Shown here: piece by piece, positions 45,101 through 56,587 of the stretch
Layout of the letters: every line of letters starts with the position of its first letter
Position numbering within the stretch: the first letter of the stretch is position 1
NCBI GenBank assembly: GCA_002269645.1
Contig: NIVC01000648.1
Coordinates: 1 to 64,000, forward strand
Source of the DNA: Macrostomum lignano
Lineage: Eukaryota
DNA length: 64,000 nt
Reading direction: 5' to 3'
Position numbers and translations under genes: made by a program
The notes under the pieces: model-generated
The model's input: the letters and a program-made list of their open reading frames with translations, nothing else
The model's database searches: none
What the model was told of the DNA's origin: nothing

Positions 45101-48100
45101 CACTATCGACGACTCACAATCGCAGGGTAGAGTCACCAGCACTGGACAGTATTGGCCTTGAGGACAGTGTTCACTTAACAGCAGCCTCCGACCAAGAGTC
45201 CATCCTGCAGGACCGACCCGCCTGTGCCCAGGAACCCAAAGTAGGCGCGGACTGTCCTCAGTCACCACAGGCTAGCGCGCACCCCTCCAAAGCTCGTATA
45301 TAAATATTAAAGTTATGATAAAATAAGTTCACTGCCAAAATAATCGAAATAATCAAAATAATTTGGGCTTTATACCCAAAATGAATCCTAAAGAAGGCCA
45401 GGTTCAGGCCGAAATATCGGTCGATTTAAATAAGTTCGATTTGACTTATCATTAAGAGAATTCGACTCTGAGTGCGTGGCTTTACTTTGGCATTCGGTTA
45501 TATCTTCTCCCGCGACCAGTGCTTGGTTTTCTCTCGGTGTGCCGTCTACTCACCCCGCTAAAAATCAACTCATGACCAAAATGAGCACAAGCGCTAATAT
45601 TTACAGCTGATACTACTAGACGTTCGAGCCTACTATGACTACGATTACGACGTTGAAGACTACTACTACTATACTCTACTACTACTACTACCACTACTGT
45701 TACTACTACTATTAATCTGCAATCGATCGGCAGTGCCCAGGGGCTGTGCAGGCGGCGGTCTGTGACCAGACGCCGACAACTGCGACTCATGGCCTGACTG
45801 GCTACTTCAAATAACCTCTACTAGTACGACTCTACTATCACTACGACTAGGACTACTACTACTACTGCAACTAATACAGATGATCGGCAGTGCCCAGTCG
45901 CTTGTGTCCAGGGGCTGTGCAGGCGGCGGTCTGTGACCAGACGCCGCCAACTGCGACTCGTGGCCTGACTGGCTTCTCGTTCTCAATTACTGTTGATGTA
46001 TTTGCATTTAATTATTTACAATACTTTAAGCAATCCAAGTTCTCAGTGCTCTTTATCAATTTAAGTTGTGTTTTCGTAATAAATTTTGTCGTACTAGTCA
46101 AGATGCTTAGTCATTCACTTTTTTCTAAATCAGTTTTTCTGTAGCTTCTCACATTTATTTTTGTTATTATCCAAGGCTTTAAAGCTGCAACCAATCAGCC
46201 TGCTTCAATTCATCCTTTTTATTTTAAGTACACATTTTAATCAACGCTGCTCAGCTCACCCCTCTAAAGCTCGTATATAAATATTAAAGTTATGATAAAA
46301 TAAGTTTACTGGCAAAATAATCGTTGTTCTTATACCCCAAAAATAAAGCCTGAAGAAGGCCAGGATCTGGCCGAAATATCGGTCGATTTAAATACGTTCG
46401 ATTTGACTAATCATTAAACCACTACAAGACTGGCTTTGCCTGCTCGCATACCCGTTCCCGACGGCTTGGTCCGAAGTCGGGCCATAGACAAATTAGACTA
46501 ATTTTCTTAGTCTAACTTTCACAGCCGTAGACGTCGGGAGCTGTTAAAGTCAAATGCATTCCATAGAGTTCTAGCATAGAGTTTCCAAGATCCATTCAAA
46601 CTAATCGTTTATCAACAAAACCGGAGTCAGCTGATTCGTCTAGCTATTACTCAACTGCTGACGAGGCCGTTGATGAGTTTGAAGATGAGGTAGAGAACCC
46701 AGGAGTCGAACACGTTGGTGAGTGGCACATGGTTCAAGCTGACACTGATAATCGACCATCAGCCTTGCCTTAATTCCTCGGTACCCCCGGTGCACGACCT
46801 GATTGGCATTCTCCACATGCTGCGGATGGAAACGAAGAAGCTTTCCTGAAGCTATTTCTGACGGATCAACTGTTTGAAGATACTAGCCGATGGACCAACG
46901 CAAAAGCTTGGAAGATCTTTCAGGAGGCAGAGACTCGGGATGCTGTACCGAAGCTGGTGTTAAACTGGCGTGATTGCTCCACTAATGAAGCTCGAAAGTT
47001 GGTGGGCATTGTGCTTGCTGCTCATGGGAGTCGACAAGAAGCCAGAAATAGCCAGCTACTGGTCAACCGACCTGATCTTTCACTGCCCGTTTCTTTCCAA
47101 GCCTTTCTCTCTATCAAGAGACCGATTTAAGCAGCTCCTGTCGTGTCTCCGTTTCTACGACTGCTCCGAGGCTTTAGGTGCTGGTCCATTGGCAAAGATG
47201 GAGCCCTTTCTCGATCGTGTGAGGCAACTCTGCAGCAATAACTACATGCCCCGACAGCGACTTTCAATTGATGAGACGCTGGTGCTTTACAAAGGGAGAG
47301 TTGCTTTCAAGCAATATATCCCGTCGAAGCGAAACAAGTATGGTATAAAGCTGTACTGCCTCTGCGAGACTGAGAGTTCATATTTATGGAACTTCGTCAT
47401 ACACACGTCTCCTGAGGTTAATCAACAGTTTGGTGAAGGACTCGGATGTCAAGGCTTGAGTATGAGCGAGAGTTGTGGCAGAGCTGTGCCGCGGTCTCCT
47501 CTATCTCGGACATCATGTGTTCACTGATAGTTGGTTTACATCACGCCGGCTCGCCGATTGGTTGCTGCAACACGATACGCTGCTGACCGGGACGGTGCGG
47601 AAGGATCGCGGCATTCCCGCTGATTTGCAGGCTGTCAACATCCACCCAACTTCATCTGCATTCGCACGTTCAGGTGACCTCTTAGCGTGTAAATTTGTCG
47701 ACAGGAAGCAAAGCGGCACCAAGACCCTGTATTTGCTGGACACGGCGGGCAAGGCAGAATGCATTCAGGTTCAACGCAACCGTCGCGGTGGTGCAATGCA
47801 GGTGGTGCAAAAGCCTGCTAGCGTGCTTGCCTATTCTTCCAGTATGGGCGGGATTGACCATTTGGACGCCTCAATGCATCCGTATCTCGCAAACCGAAAG
47901 AGCATGCGCTGGTTCCACAAGCTGGGATTTCATCTTCTTGCGATGCTTGTGCGGAACTCGTGGGTGATCTACCGACAGTCAGGTGGCACAAAGACCTTTC
48001 TGCAGTTTCTGAGGCTGGTAATAAAGAGTCTTGTGGAGGACACTGGGGTTGCCAGGAGACGTGGACCTACACCAGGTGGTGCTGGCGCTCTTGCTATTGG

Positions 48101-50383
48101 CGGAGGAGATGGTGCTGACGCCCATTCACCAAGCAAGGCTCCAAGATTCGGAGACCAGGTCCGACCACGCAAAAGATGTCGTGTGTGCTATGCAGCTGGC
48201 CAGGTCAAGAAGACTATATTCGTTTGCGAAGCCTGCCCGGGAGTTCCAGCCCTTTTCCTAGGTGCCTGTTTTTCACACTGGCACTCGCACTAACTATTAG
48301 CTATTAGCTTTATTACCTTTAAACCATTAGATGAATCAAAACCGTTATTACGTAATCGGATTTTTGTTGATGTTAATGTTCGTTATTCACTGAATTGTTA
48401 TGCGTTGCATTATTCGTGTGATTTTTTTCGGCTCTATTGCAGCCTAATGCAAGTGCATGTACCACAGTTCTGAGTCTCCTATTCAGGCACAATCCCTTAA
48501 CTGGCCGTTCCCTTTCATCACCTGCCCACATGTACCAAACCACCTACCTAACTACCTACCTACCTACTCATTGTACCATCCTGCTTACTCGTATCTTACA
48601 GATGCTCCAGTGTTTACATCTGTTCCTACTTGGAAATTGTCCCTTATAAGTAATGTAATTAGACTATTCCGGCTTTATTGGGAACAAGCTTACTTCGTAC
48701 AAGCAATTTTTACAGTTTTGTTGAAAACCTCTACAGTAGTTTTATTATAAAGGAGTTATAAATATTACAGGTATGACATATATAATCTAATAATTCTCTT
48801 TTTTTCGTCATCTACTATTTGCAACCTTCTTAGACACTGACCCGAAATCGGGCCATTCCCGTCGGGAACGGGTGTGCTGAGATGATGATTGATTTGCCAT
48901 AGAATTTTACAAACGCGCAGCCGTTCGCTTCGGTGCTGGCGGGATGACCCGAAATCGGGCCATCCACCCGCTCATGGTTAAGAGAATCCGACTCTGAGTG
49001 CGTGGCTTTACTTCAGGTGTCCCAAATTTATTTAGATTACTGCTGCTATTTGAAGAGTGAACTATAGCTACAGCTGTCAGCGCACCACATGCTACCATAG
49101 ACAGTACCGAAGACGCACAAGAGATTTAAGTATCACTGCACCCTCTCTTGCGCATCACTAATAGATTTTTATAGCTCAGTTTTGCCTACTGCAACGCCAG
49201 TGCAAAAACGAATGGAGCCTAGCAAAGAAAACTTTAGATTTTACGCATGGACGCGGCAGCAGCTTGGAATCAGTGCTCAACAGTGCTTTGAAGAGTTGTC
49301 TTCCGTATATGGCAGTGGAGCTCCATGCCGTGCAACTGTATTTAATTATTTCAAGGCAGCCACCGCTGATGCCAAGACCGGCCCCACTAAAGGAGCAGGC
49401 GACTGCCCGAGTGCCAGCGGTGCCGGGAGACCTCGATCAACTCGAACACCAGAGATGATCAGCGATGCGCGTGTTCTTCGATCCAAAAGTGTCAGTACGG
49501 ACCCTTGCTGACTGGCTGGAGGTTGACAAGTCAACGGTGCATCGAATTTTGAGAGAAGACCTGGAGCTGCGTTGTGTCACATCGGTATGGGTGCGGCGGG
49601 TGCCCCATCACCTCGCCAAGGCCAACAAACAGGCTAGGGTGGCATGTGCCAGAAACATCCGCAGCGTGTTTCAGAGTGAAGGAATCAACATCATAGATAA
49701 GTTGGTCACCCAAGATGAGTCCTGGATCTGCCCTGCAAAATGAGCAACAGATGCTGGCTGTCGAAGGGGGAGCCCAGGTGGTGAGAAGATGCATGACAAA
49801 CAAGAAGACTCTGCTTGTTGCAGCCTTCACCCCCAGCAAAAGGTTTTCATTTGAAACAACCAAACCAGGACAGTCAGTGGATGCGGAGTTCATTGTCAAC
49901 TTCGTTCAGCGAACCGGAAATCTCTGGCGATCTTTAAGAAGTCAACCGATTCATCTTGATCAGGTGATCTGGCAGTGGGACAACGCCCGGCCTCACACAG
50001 CTGCAGCAACTCAACATTTCATGGAGAAACGAGGCATCTGATTGCTGCACCAGGCACCGCACAGTCCAGATTTTAATCTTTGTGACCGTTTTTTGTTTTC
50101 TTGGCTGAAGCGAGACTTCGAGCATCGCCAGTTTGGGAACCATGTTGAAGTGCAACAGGCGACGTTGCAGTGGGCAAGGGGTCTGGAGATTGAGAGCCTG
50201 CAGCAGGAGTTGCATCGACTTTGGGATCACTGCGACGCTGTTATTCAATGCCAAGGAGATTACGTCACTGACTGATGGTTTGTTTTGTTGCTGCAGTTGA
50301 TATTGTTAAATTTAGCGAGAAGTCTAAATAAATTTGGGACACCCGAAGTACTTTGAAATTCGGCTATCTATCTATCTATCCAT

Positions 50384-50442
<59 letters not shown>

Positions 50443-53400
50443 CCTACCTACCTATCTATCTACCTACCTATCTATCTACCTACCTACCTATCTATCTACC
50501 TACCTATCTATCTACCTACCTATCTATCTACCTACCTATCTACCTACCTATCTATCTACCTATATATCTATCTATCTACCTACCTATCTATCTACCTACC
50601 TATCTACCTACCTATCTATCTATCTATTCTGCACCTCACCTCAGCCAGCTGAGCCAGTCGCTGGACGGATTCCTCGGACAAGTCGACATCTTCGACAACG
50701 GACCAGGCGCCTTTCGGCTGGAATCGGACGGGAAAGCTGAACACCCGACCGGGCGGGATGCCGTACCAGCCTGCGAGATTTCGGTAAGAGGGGTCGGGTT
50801 GTGTGTTTAGACACAGGTCAGATCGCTGGCTTAGTAGTTGACTAAGTTAAGTTGAGTTGGCCGCGATTAGTACGTTGCAGTCAATAGGCTCAGACAGTCT
50901 CACCCTCGGACACAACTCCTAACGAGTAGATCTCGTTGCCAGAGCCGCCCAGCCACCAGTTGCGTACCGTGTCAGCTGTGGCCTGAGCAGTGCTCAGCGC
51001 AGCCGATCGTGGCCCAGTTCCGCCTAGCAACAGATTGTTATCCTGTCGCTGACGCATTGTTTTAGGAAACTCCTGATTGAGCCATTTCTTATCCCAAACT
51101 GTGTCCAGCACAGGCTGGTTGTAGCTGTCCGGTCCCGTGATTGACCCGTCGTAGTAGTGCACCCGGGCCCGGCTCAGGTCCACCAGGTTCTCCCCGGCCG
51201 GGTCGCCCCAAACTATCAGGTCAACCACGCTGGACGGCAGCACCTGGATAGGGTAACAAGCGATGGAGACTAAATGTATAGGTCACTCAGTTCATCGGAC
51301 AGTAGGTCACTCAGTTTATCGGACAGTAGGTCACTCAGTTTATCGGACAGTAGGTCACTCAGTTTATCGGACAGTAGGTCACTCAGTTTATCGGACAGTA
51401 GGTCACTCAGTTTATCGGACAGTAGGTCACTCAGTTCATCGGACAGTAGGTCACTCAGTTTATCGGACAGTAGGTCACTCAGTTTATCGGACAGTAGGTC
51501 ACTCAGTTTATCGGACAGTAGGTCACTCAGTTTATCGGACAGTAGGTCACTCAGTTTATCGGACAGTAGGTCACTCAGTTTATCGGACAGTAGGTCACTC
51601 AGTTTATCGGACAGTAAGTCACTCCGTTCATCAGACAGAAAATAGATCACTCCATTAATCAGAATCAAAAGGAAATTCTCCGTGCAGTTTTTGAGACTGT
51701 AGGCCCCCCTTTAATAATTAGAACAAAGGGCATTCATCCTAAAAGCCCAAAATCTACACTGACCTTCATATGTCCCGCCAGTGCGCCCTTGGCCTGCCGC
51801 TCCAGCAACCGACCGGCAGCGGCCACATTTCTGGCCGGCAAGCGCGGACAGGCGTCCAGCAGCACCCGGGCGCCGAAGTTGACAGGCCCGCGGCCGGCAA
51901 GCAGCACCTTCAGCCGGCGACTGCATTCGGCCGCGTTCAACCAGTCGGCGTAGCGTCGATAAACTGCAGCGGCGGCCGACAGCCAGTCGACACGGGCGGC
52001 CAGCTCGGCGGCCGAGGCGGCTGCATCGGCGTCCGATTTGTCCGGCTTCGTTGGCGAGTCGCCTTCGGCCGGTGAAGCCTCCGTCGCCGTCGCCGCCTTT
52101 TTGTCTTCCTCGCCGTCCGTTGCCGACTCCTGCGGCGACGGCGGCTTCAAGAGGACGTCGTCAAGCAGCAGCAGGATGTCTGCGGCGGCTGCGGCCTCCT
52201 GGAAGTTGGCGGTGGCCCGGATGCTGCGCACCAGCGGATGGGCCAAGTCGAAGGCCTCCATCACCAGGCCCTGATGAAGGGTTCGGGAGCAGCAATGCGT
52301 AACATAATTATCTTGCAAATAATTAGACAGCATTTTCAAGGCATAAACTGAGGATCTGGGAGGCAAGCCCAGCAACTGAGGATCTGGGAGGGTGGCCCAG
52401 CAACTGAGGATCTGGCAGGCTGGCCCAGCAACTGAGGATCTGGGAGGCTGGCCCAGCAACTGAGGATCTGGCAGGCTGGCCCAGCAACTGAGGATCTGGG
52501 AGGCTGGCCCAGCAACTGAGGATCTGGCAGGCTGGCCCAGCAACTGAGGATCTGGGAGGCTGGCCCAGCAACTGAGGATCTGGGAGGATGACGGTGACCC
52601 AGCCAGTAGGTAAACAGACAGGCGCACGGACCTCCAGCTCCTCCGCATCAGCTACATCGCAGTCGAACAGTGTGAAAGCCAGCTCAGTGCTCCGTCCGAA
52701 CACGGAGCCGTCCATGAGCAGCGGCAGCAGCTGGTAGGCGGTGGGGCTCGCCGAGGCCGTCACTAGCACCTGCAGTGGCCTAGATAGCGAGCGCAGGTGA
52801 GCCTCTTCGGCGTCCAGCTCCGATTTGTAGCGCGAGTTGTCCTTGGCAACCGCGAGCATCTCCGGGCTCAACATCGATGATTCGGCATCGTAGTAGGCTG
52901 CGAATTGGCGCATGCGCAGGGAAGGGGGCAGTAGATGAAGGTGAAATGGAGTAGTAGACAGGTGAAATGAGGTAGTAGACAGGTGAAATGAGGTAGTAGA
53001 CAGGTGAAATGAGGTAGTAGACAGGTGAAATAGGGATAGTAGACACAGGTGAAAAAGGGTTAGTTGACACAGATGAAACAGGGGTAGTAGACACAGATGA
53101 AACAGGGGTAGTAGACACAGATGAAACAGGGGTAGTAGACACAGATGAAACAGGGGTAGTAGACACAGGTGAAACAGGGGTAGTAGACACAGATGAAACA
53201 GGGGTAGTAGACACAGATGAAACAGGGGTAGTAGACACAGATGAAACAGGGGTAGTAGACACAGGTGAAACAGGGGTAGTAGACACAGGTGAAGCAGGGG
53301 TAGTAGACACGGATGAAACAGGTTAGTAAACTATTTAACACCAAGGCAGTTTCCGCTCACCCTTAGCAAACTCTTGAAACTCATTAGCGCCGCCAATTAG

Positions 53401-56400
53401 TACACCTTTGCCGCCTTGATTGACAAGTTCGCGCCAAATAATTGGTGAACGTTGATGACGCCAACCGCGCTCGCGACAGCAATGACGCGACCAGTCCTGA
53501 TGACGGATTGACAGCTTAGCTGTGTAAAAACATTTCAAATTAGCAAACAGTATGGCAATAAAAAACAGTACAAAACACACTTACAGGCCAATCATTGGCA
53601 GTTCGAACAATTTTATGCAGCTTAAAACTGGGCAAATTTTTGGCCAAATTGTCTGCAAGCAACTCCACTTTGGCAAAGTAGGGACAATCGGCCGAGCCTA
53701 TGATTAATAATTAAGATGGTGAGAAAATATGGATTTATTAATTTAAGAATATCAACTATAGGTAGGCTAAATTCTCAACAATATATCCAAATTTCAACCT
53801 TAAGTATCATCATATAATAATCAATTTATTTTTTTTAAATTAAAATTAAAGTTTAAGGAAAGGAATTAATATTAAATATTTATGTTCTTGACAAGGCTTA
53901 TAGTTCTTCATGGCCATAATTTGGGCTTAAAATATATGCTACAACAAGTCATGTCTTTCTTAGATCATCTTGTGCCAAAAGTACATTTTATAAAATTTGT
54001 GCTAACAGAAAAAATAAGAATCTATGAAGAGTCTAGAAAACAAATTAATTTACTAGAATTTCTTACAAATTGGAAGATAAATTCCAGTTGCCTCCATTAG
54101 GTGGAGACTAGAAAAAATCTAAAAGGGACCAAATAATTTTTTGGCAAAATACAGAGCCATCCCCTCTACCCCTATTGGGTCTTTACCCTCTCTAATTTGC
54201 CCCCCCCTTGCAACAAATTTCTAGTTGCGCTAGTAAACTTCTAAGTCTATATTCTCTAGAAGTTAAGAAGGGGTTATAGCCTAGTTGTTACATAGAAGCA
54301 GTGTTGGGCACTTCTGTTACTGAGTAACTTGCAAATGGTAACGCAAGTTACTTTTTCGTAAAGCATTCCTTACGCAAGTTACTTTTTTATTTTAGTAACG
54401 GAGTAATGGTAAGTTACTCAAATTTCAGAAGTCCATTACAGTTACTTTGCAACAATCGCAATATTTAAATTTAAAACTGAAATGCTTAGCTATTATGCCA
54501 GTTGTCACATGTTTTTTGCATTTTTCATTCCTAAATTCAAAATTAAGTGAATAGTATCATATGGTATTGTGCTTAATTAATGAAGAAATACTTGAAACAT
54601 GTTTTACTTTGTTAATTTCGGTAAAATATTTTTGCCTTTTATTTTCGTTACTAAAATTTTCAAGTTTGATTCAAACAAACAACCAAAGAAAGAAATTCAT
54701 CTGTAGCCTCCACAAGTCCCTCCACTGGCACTGTAGTACACTACACCATTTTATACAGTTCTATTTATTTTACTCTATTGAATTATTGATATTCGTTTAT
54801 TTTATCATTTATAATTTTAATTATTGATTGCCATTGCCCATTGGTCCTTCTACTTGCCTCACATTGTGTCGCCAATTCCTCTCTGTCTGTTAATTGGTTA
54901 ATCCCAATGCCCAATGGCAAATTTCACTAACAACAATGTGAAAAAATGTGCAATGTGAAAAAAGCAGAAAATTTTGTTAATAACATGGGTAACAGAAGTG
55001 AGTAACGGACAGTAACTTAAAAGTTACCAGGTTTTTGTCTAAAGTTACTAGGCTAACATAAGTTACTTTTTAAAAATTGGTAACTTAAGTTACAGTAACG
55101 CAAGTTACTTTTTTGAATAACTTGCCCAACACTGCATAGAAGTAGCATTGCTATAGGATTTACCTTACCATAGGGAATTCCTATATATTCTAGAATATTT
55201 AATTTTCTACACACATGCTAGCAGAAAGTTATTGAACATGATGAAGATTCCATTTTGGATTGATAACTTCATACAAAAGATCTTATAATTATATTAAATA
55301 AACTTGTAAGACATATAAAAAATTCCCAACAATTAGATAATATGTTTAAGAGTTTATAATTGCCTAAATGTTTACTACAATATTTTTATTGAATTAAATA
55401 TTGAATTAAATATTAAATATTGAATTATTAAATGAATTATTAATTATTATGAATTATTAAATGAATTAAATATTGAATTGAATATTGAATTGAATTATTG
55501 AATATTTTTATTGAATTAGCCTTGATCCTAGGCTATCGATTAGCTGTTTGACAATAAACAGCTTGTCAAAAAGATTTTATGGTTGTTAATATAAATATAA
55601 GGTAAATTAAATAAGCCAAAAAAATCTAAATAATAGTTATCACTTCATATGGCAATAACTGATATAGTGATACTTAATAGTAGCTTAGCTTATAATATAG
55701 ACAATATATTAATTCTAGAGCCATTGTAAGTTATGTCTCAAAGACAAGATACCTCAGTAGTTAGTGTTAATTTTAAACCAAGGATTGGCAACTTTTGGCC
55801 TCAATGCTAGATGCTTAGATCTAGCCCCGAAAAGCTTTCTAATCCTATCCCAAGGCCCTTGATGATCTAGAATTGTATCTGTCCCTAGGCTTTCACCCCA
55901 CCTTCTCTCTCACTCTCACTTTTTATCCTTATTATGTATTGAAAACAAAGTCTAGAAACAAAACAAGAACAAAAATTGTTGAGATTGGAATAAACCATGA
56001 ATCTATAATACAACTGTCGTTTTTCATTTTATTTTATTGGAATCTGAGGCAAGCCCTTAAAAATTGGCTTTTTGGCCCTTGCTCTAAAAAGGTTCAGGTT
56101 GCCAATCTCTGTTTCTGATTTAAACCTAGTCCTAAGCTAATATTTTTAAAAAAGGTTAATTTTAATAAAAGATAAATATATACCATTATTATTAAAAGAA
56201 CTAGACTTTGGTTGAGATTTGAAAAAAAAATTCCAGGATTAAAATAGAAACAACATAACAGAATAATCTGGGTTCAGCATCTTATCAGAAAGACATGGCA
56301 CCATACATTTTAGCTTGCCTTAGACTTAGTACATTCAATTCAAATTACCTAATTAAAATTCTTAAAATGATTAAACCACTGAGAAAATACAATTGATTAT

Positions 56401-56587
56401 AATGCTGCATAAAATTATTAAAGAAACATTAGCTAAAGTTTTGAAATTACTATATAATTTAAATACAAAGTACAATCTAATAATGTCGAGAAGAAAATCT
56501 GAACTAAATGCAGAATAATGCCGCGCCATCTATAAAAAACTAAAGTGAAGTAATCTATTACTTACCAGCAATGACAATTTTTGCCAT
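39105..56587 (-). CDS. MDH1B: Malate dehydrogenase 1B-like protein (exons 56587-56566, 53697-53585, 53496-53361, 52897-52632, 52270-51764, 51243-50904, 50770-50640; probable terminal exons 40584-40431 and 39388-39105)
   Basis: MAKIVIAG|[15 protein letters not shown]...[24 protein letters not shown]...[10 protein letters not shown]...LIVWGD...YSLGVVSEG|[13 protein letters not shown] matches remembered MDH1B motifs; every join is phase-consistent. The link of the last two exons across a 10-kb intron is inferred. Confidence 0.9.
39455..40295. repeat. 22-bp minisatellite, about 38 copies
   Basis: Unit GAACTTCTAAGCGATCTAGAGT in intron 39389-40430. Confidence 0.97.
41090..41560 (+). mobile_element. 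Diverged Penelope-like 3' fragment with a degenerate hammerhead motif
   Basis: [19 protein letters not shown] resembles the GIY-YIG C-terminal 'WI..L.T..P.GLN' motif; homologous to 43130-43310; GGCC-N7-GGCC-GAAA at 41167-41185. Confidence 0.6.
41590..43420 (+). mobile_element. Decayed, internally deleted Penelope-like (Neptune-type) retroelement
   Basis: R-rich N-terminus; [15 protein letters not shown]; RT-thumb-like YFK...[16 protein letters not shown]; GIY-YIG C-terminal half [25 protein letters not shown]...[11 protein letters not shown]; multiple stops and frameshifts. Confidence 0.75.
43510..44330 (+). mobile_element. Non-coding Penelope pseudo-LTR / retrozyme-like unit
   Basis: 43730-44230 is similar to 45885-46410 (CGGCAGTGCCCAG...GGCGGTCTGTGACCAGAC...AAAGCTGGTATATA); ends in a degenerate hammerhead and a TATC tail. 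Confidence 0.7.
44340..45500 (+). mobile_element. Second, truncated Penelope-like copy with a pLTR tail
   Basis: [28 protein letters not shown] is homologous to ~42150-42240; followed by the pLTR (AAAGCTCGTATATAAATATTAAAG..., hammerhead, GACTCTGAGTGCGTGG). Confidence 0.65.
45381..45428 (+). ncRNA. Minimal type I hammerhead ribozyme motif with a mutated core (CUAAAGA)
   Basis: TGAATC-CTAAAGA-A-GGCC-AGGTTCA-GGCC-GAAA-TATCG-GTC-GATTTA; stem I TGAATC/GATTTA pairs fully with one G-U. Confidence 0.65.
45720..46417 (+). mobile_element. Retrozyme-like pLTR unit, continued at 48982-49010 and 50351-50365 after two transposon insertions
   Basis: Similar to 43730-44230; its tail matches the uninterrupted copy at 45400-45500. 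Confidence 0.7.
46344..46390 (+). ncRNA. Minimal type I hammerhead ribozyme with an intact core
   Basis: TAAAGC-CTGAAGA-A-GGCCAG-GAT-CTGGCC-GAAA-TATCG-GTC-GATTTA: CUGANGA core, 6-bp stem II, GAAA, GUC triplet at 46382-46384; stem I 5 of 6 pairs. Confidence 0.75.
46418..48977 (+). mobile_element. piggyBac DNA transposon (2560 bp), TTAA TSD
   Basis: TTAA at 46414-46417 and 48978-48981; an empty-site homolog at ~45440-45480; inverted subterminal match CCCGTTCCCGACGG at ~46452 and ~48858-48872. Confidence 0.92.
46800..48293 (+). pseudogene. piggyBac (PGBD4-like) transposase, frameshifted near 47010 and 47470
   Basis: FLKLFLTD..F....WTN; [13 protein letters not shown]; [12 protein letters not shown]; FTDSWFTS; MGGIDHLD; C-terminal CRVC...CEAC...C..WH cysteine-rich domain. 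Confidence 0.9.
49011..50348 (+). mobile_element. mariner (DD34D) transposon, 1338 bp, inactive transposase (~49213-50275)
   Basis: 26-bp TIR CTTCAGGTGTCCCAAATTTATTTAGA (1 mismatch); TA TSD at 49009-49010 and 50349-50350; motifs [15 protein letters not shown] and HSPDFNLCD with 34-residue spacing; internal stops and frameshifts. Confidence 0.95.
50364..50627. repeat. (TATC)n/(TACC)n compound microsatellite
   Basis: Read directly; continues the pLTR tail after the mariner. Confidence 0.97.
51278..51625. repeat. 24-bp intronic minisatellite, about 14 copies
   Basis: Unit CGGACAGTAGGTCACTCAGTTTAT. Confidence 0.97.
52345..52585. repeat. 28-bp intronic minisatellite, about 8-9 copies, same family as 60748-61590
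   Basis: Unit AACTGAGGATCTGGGAGGCTGGCCCAGC. Confidence 0.97.
52935..53325. repeat. 22/24-bp intronic minisatellite
   Basis: Units CAGATGAAACAGGGGTAGTAGACA and CAGGTGAAATGAGGTAGTAGA. Confidence 0.95.
54299..55134. mobile_element. hAT-superfamily MITE (836 bp)
   Basis: TIR CAGTGTTGGGCA / TGCCCAACACTG; 8-bp TSD CATAGAAG at 54291-54298 and 55135-55142; subterminal GTAAC/GTTAC motifs; no ORF. Confidence 0.93.

Noticed and set aside
50334-50810. Tyr/Leu-rich ORFs
   Set aside because: Translations of the TATC/TACC microsatellite.
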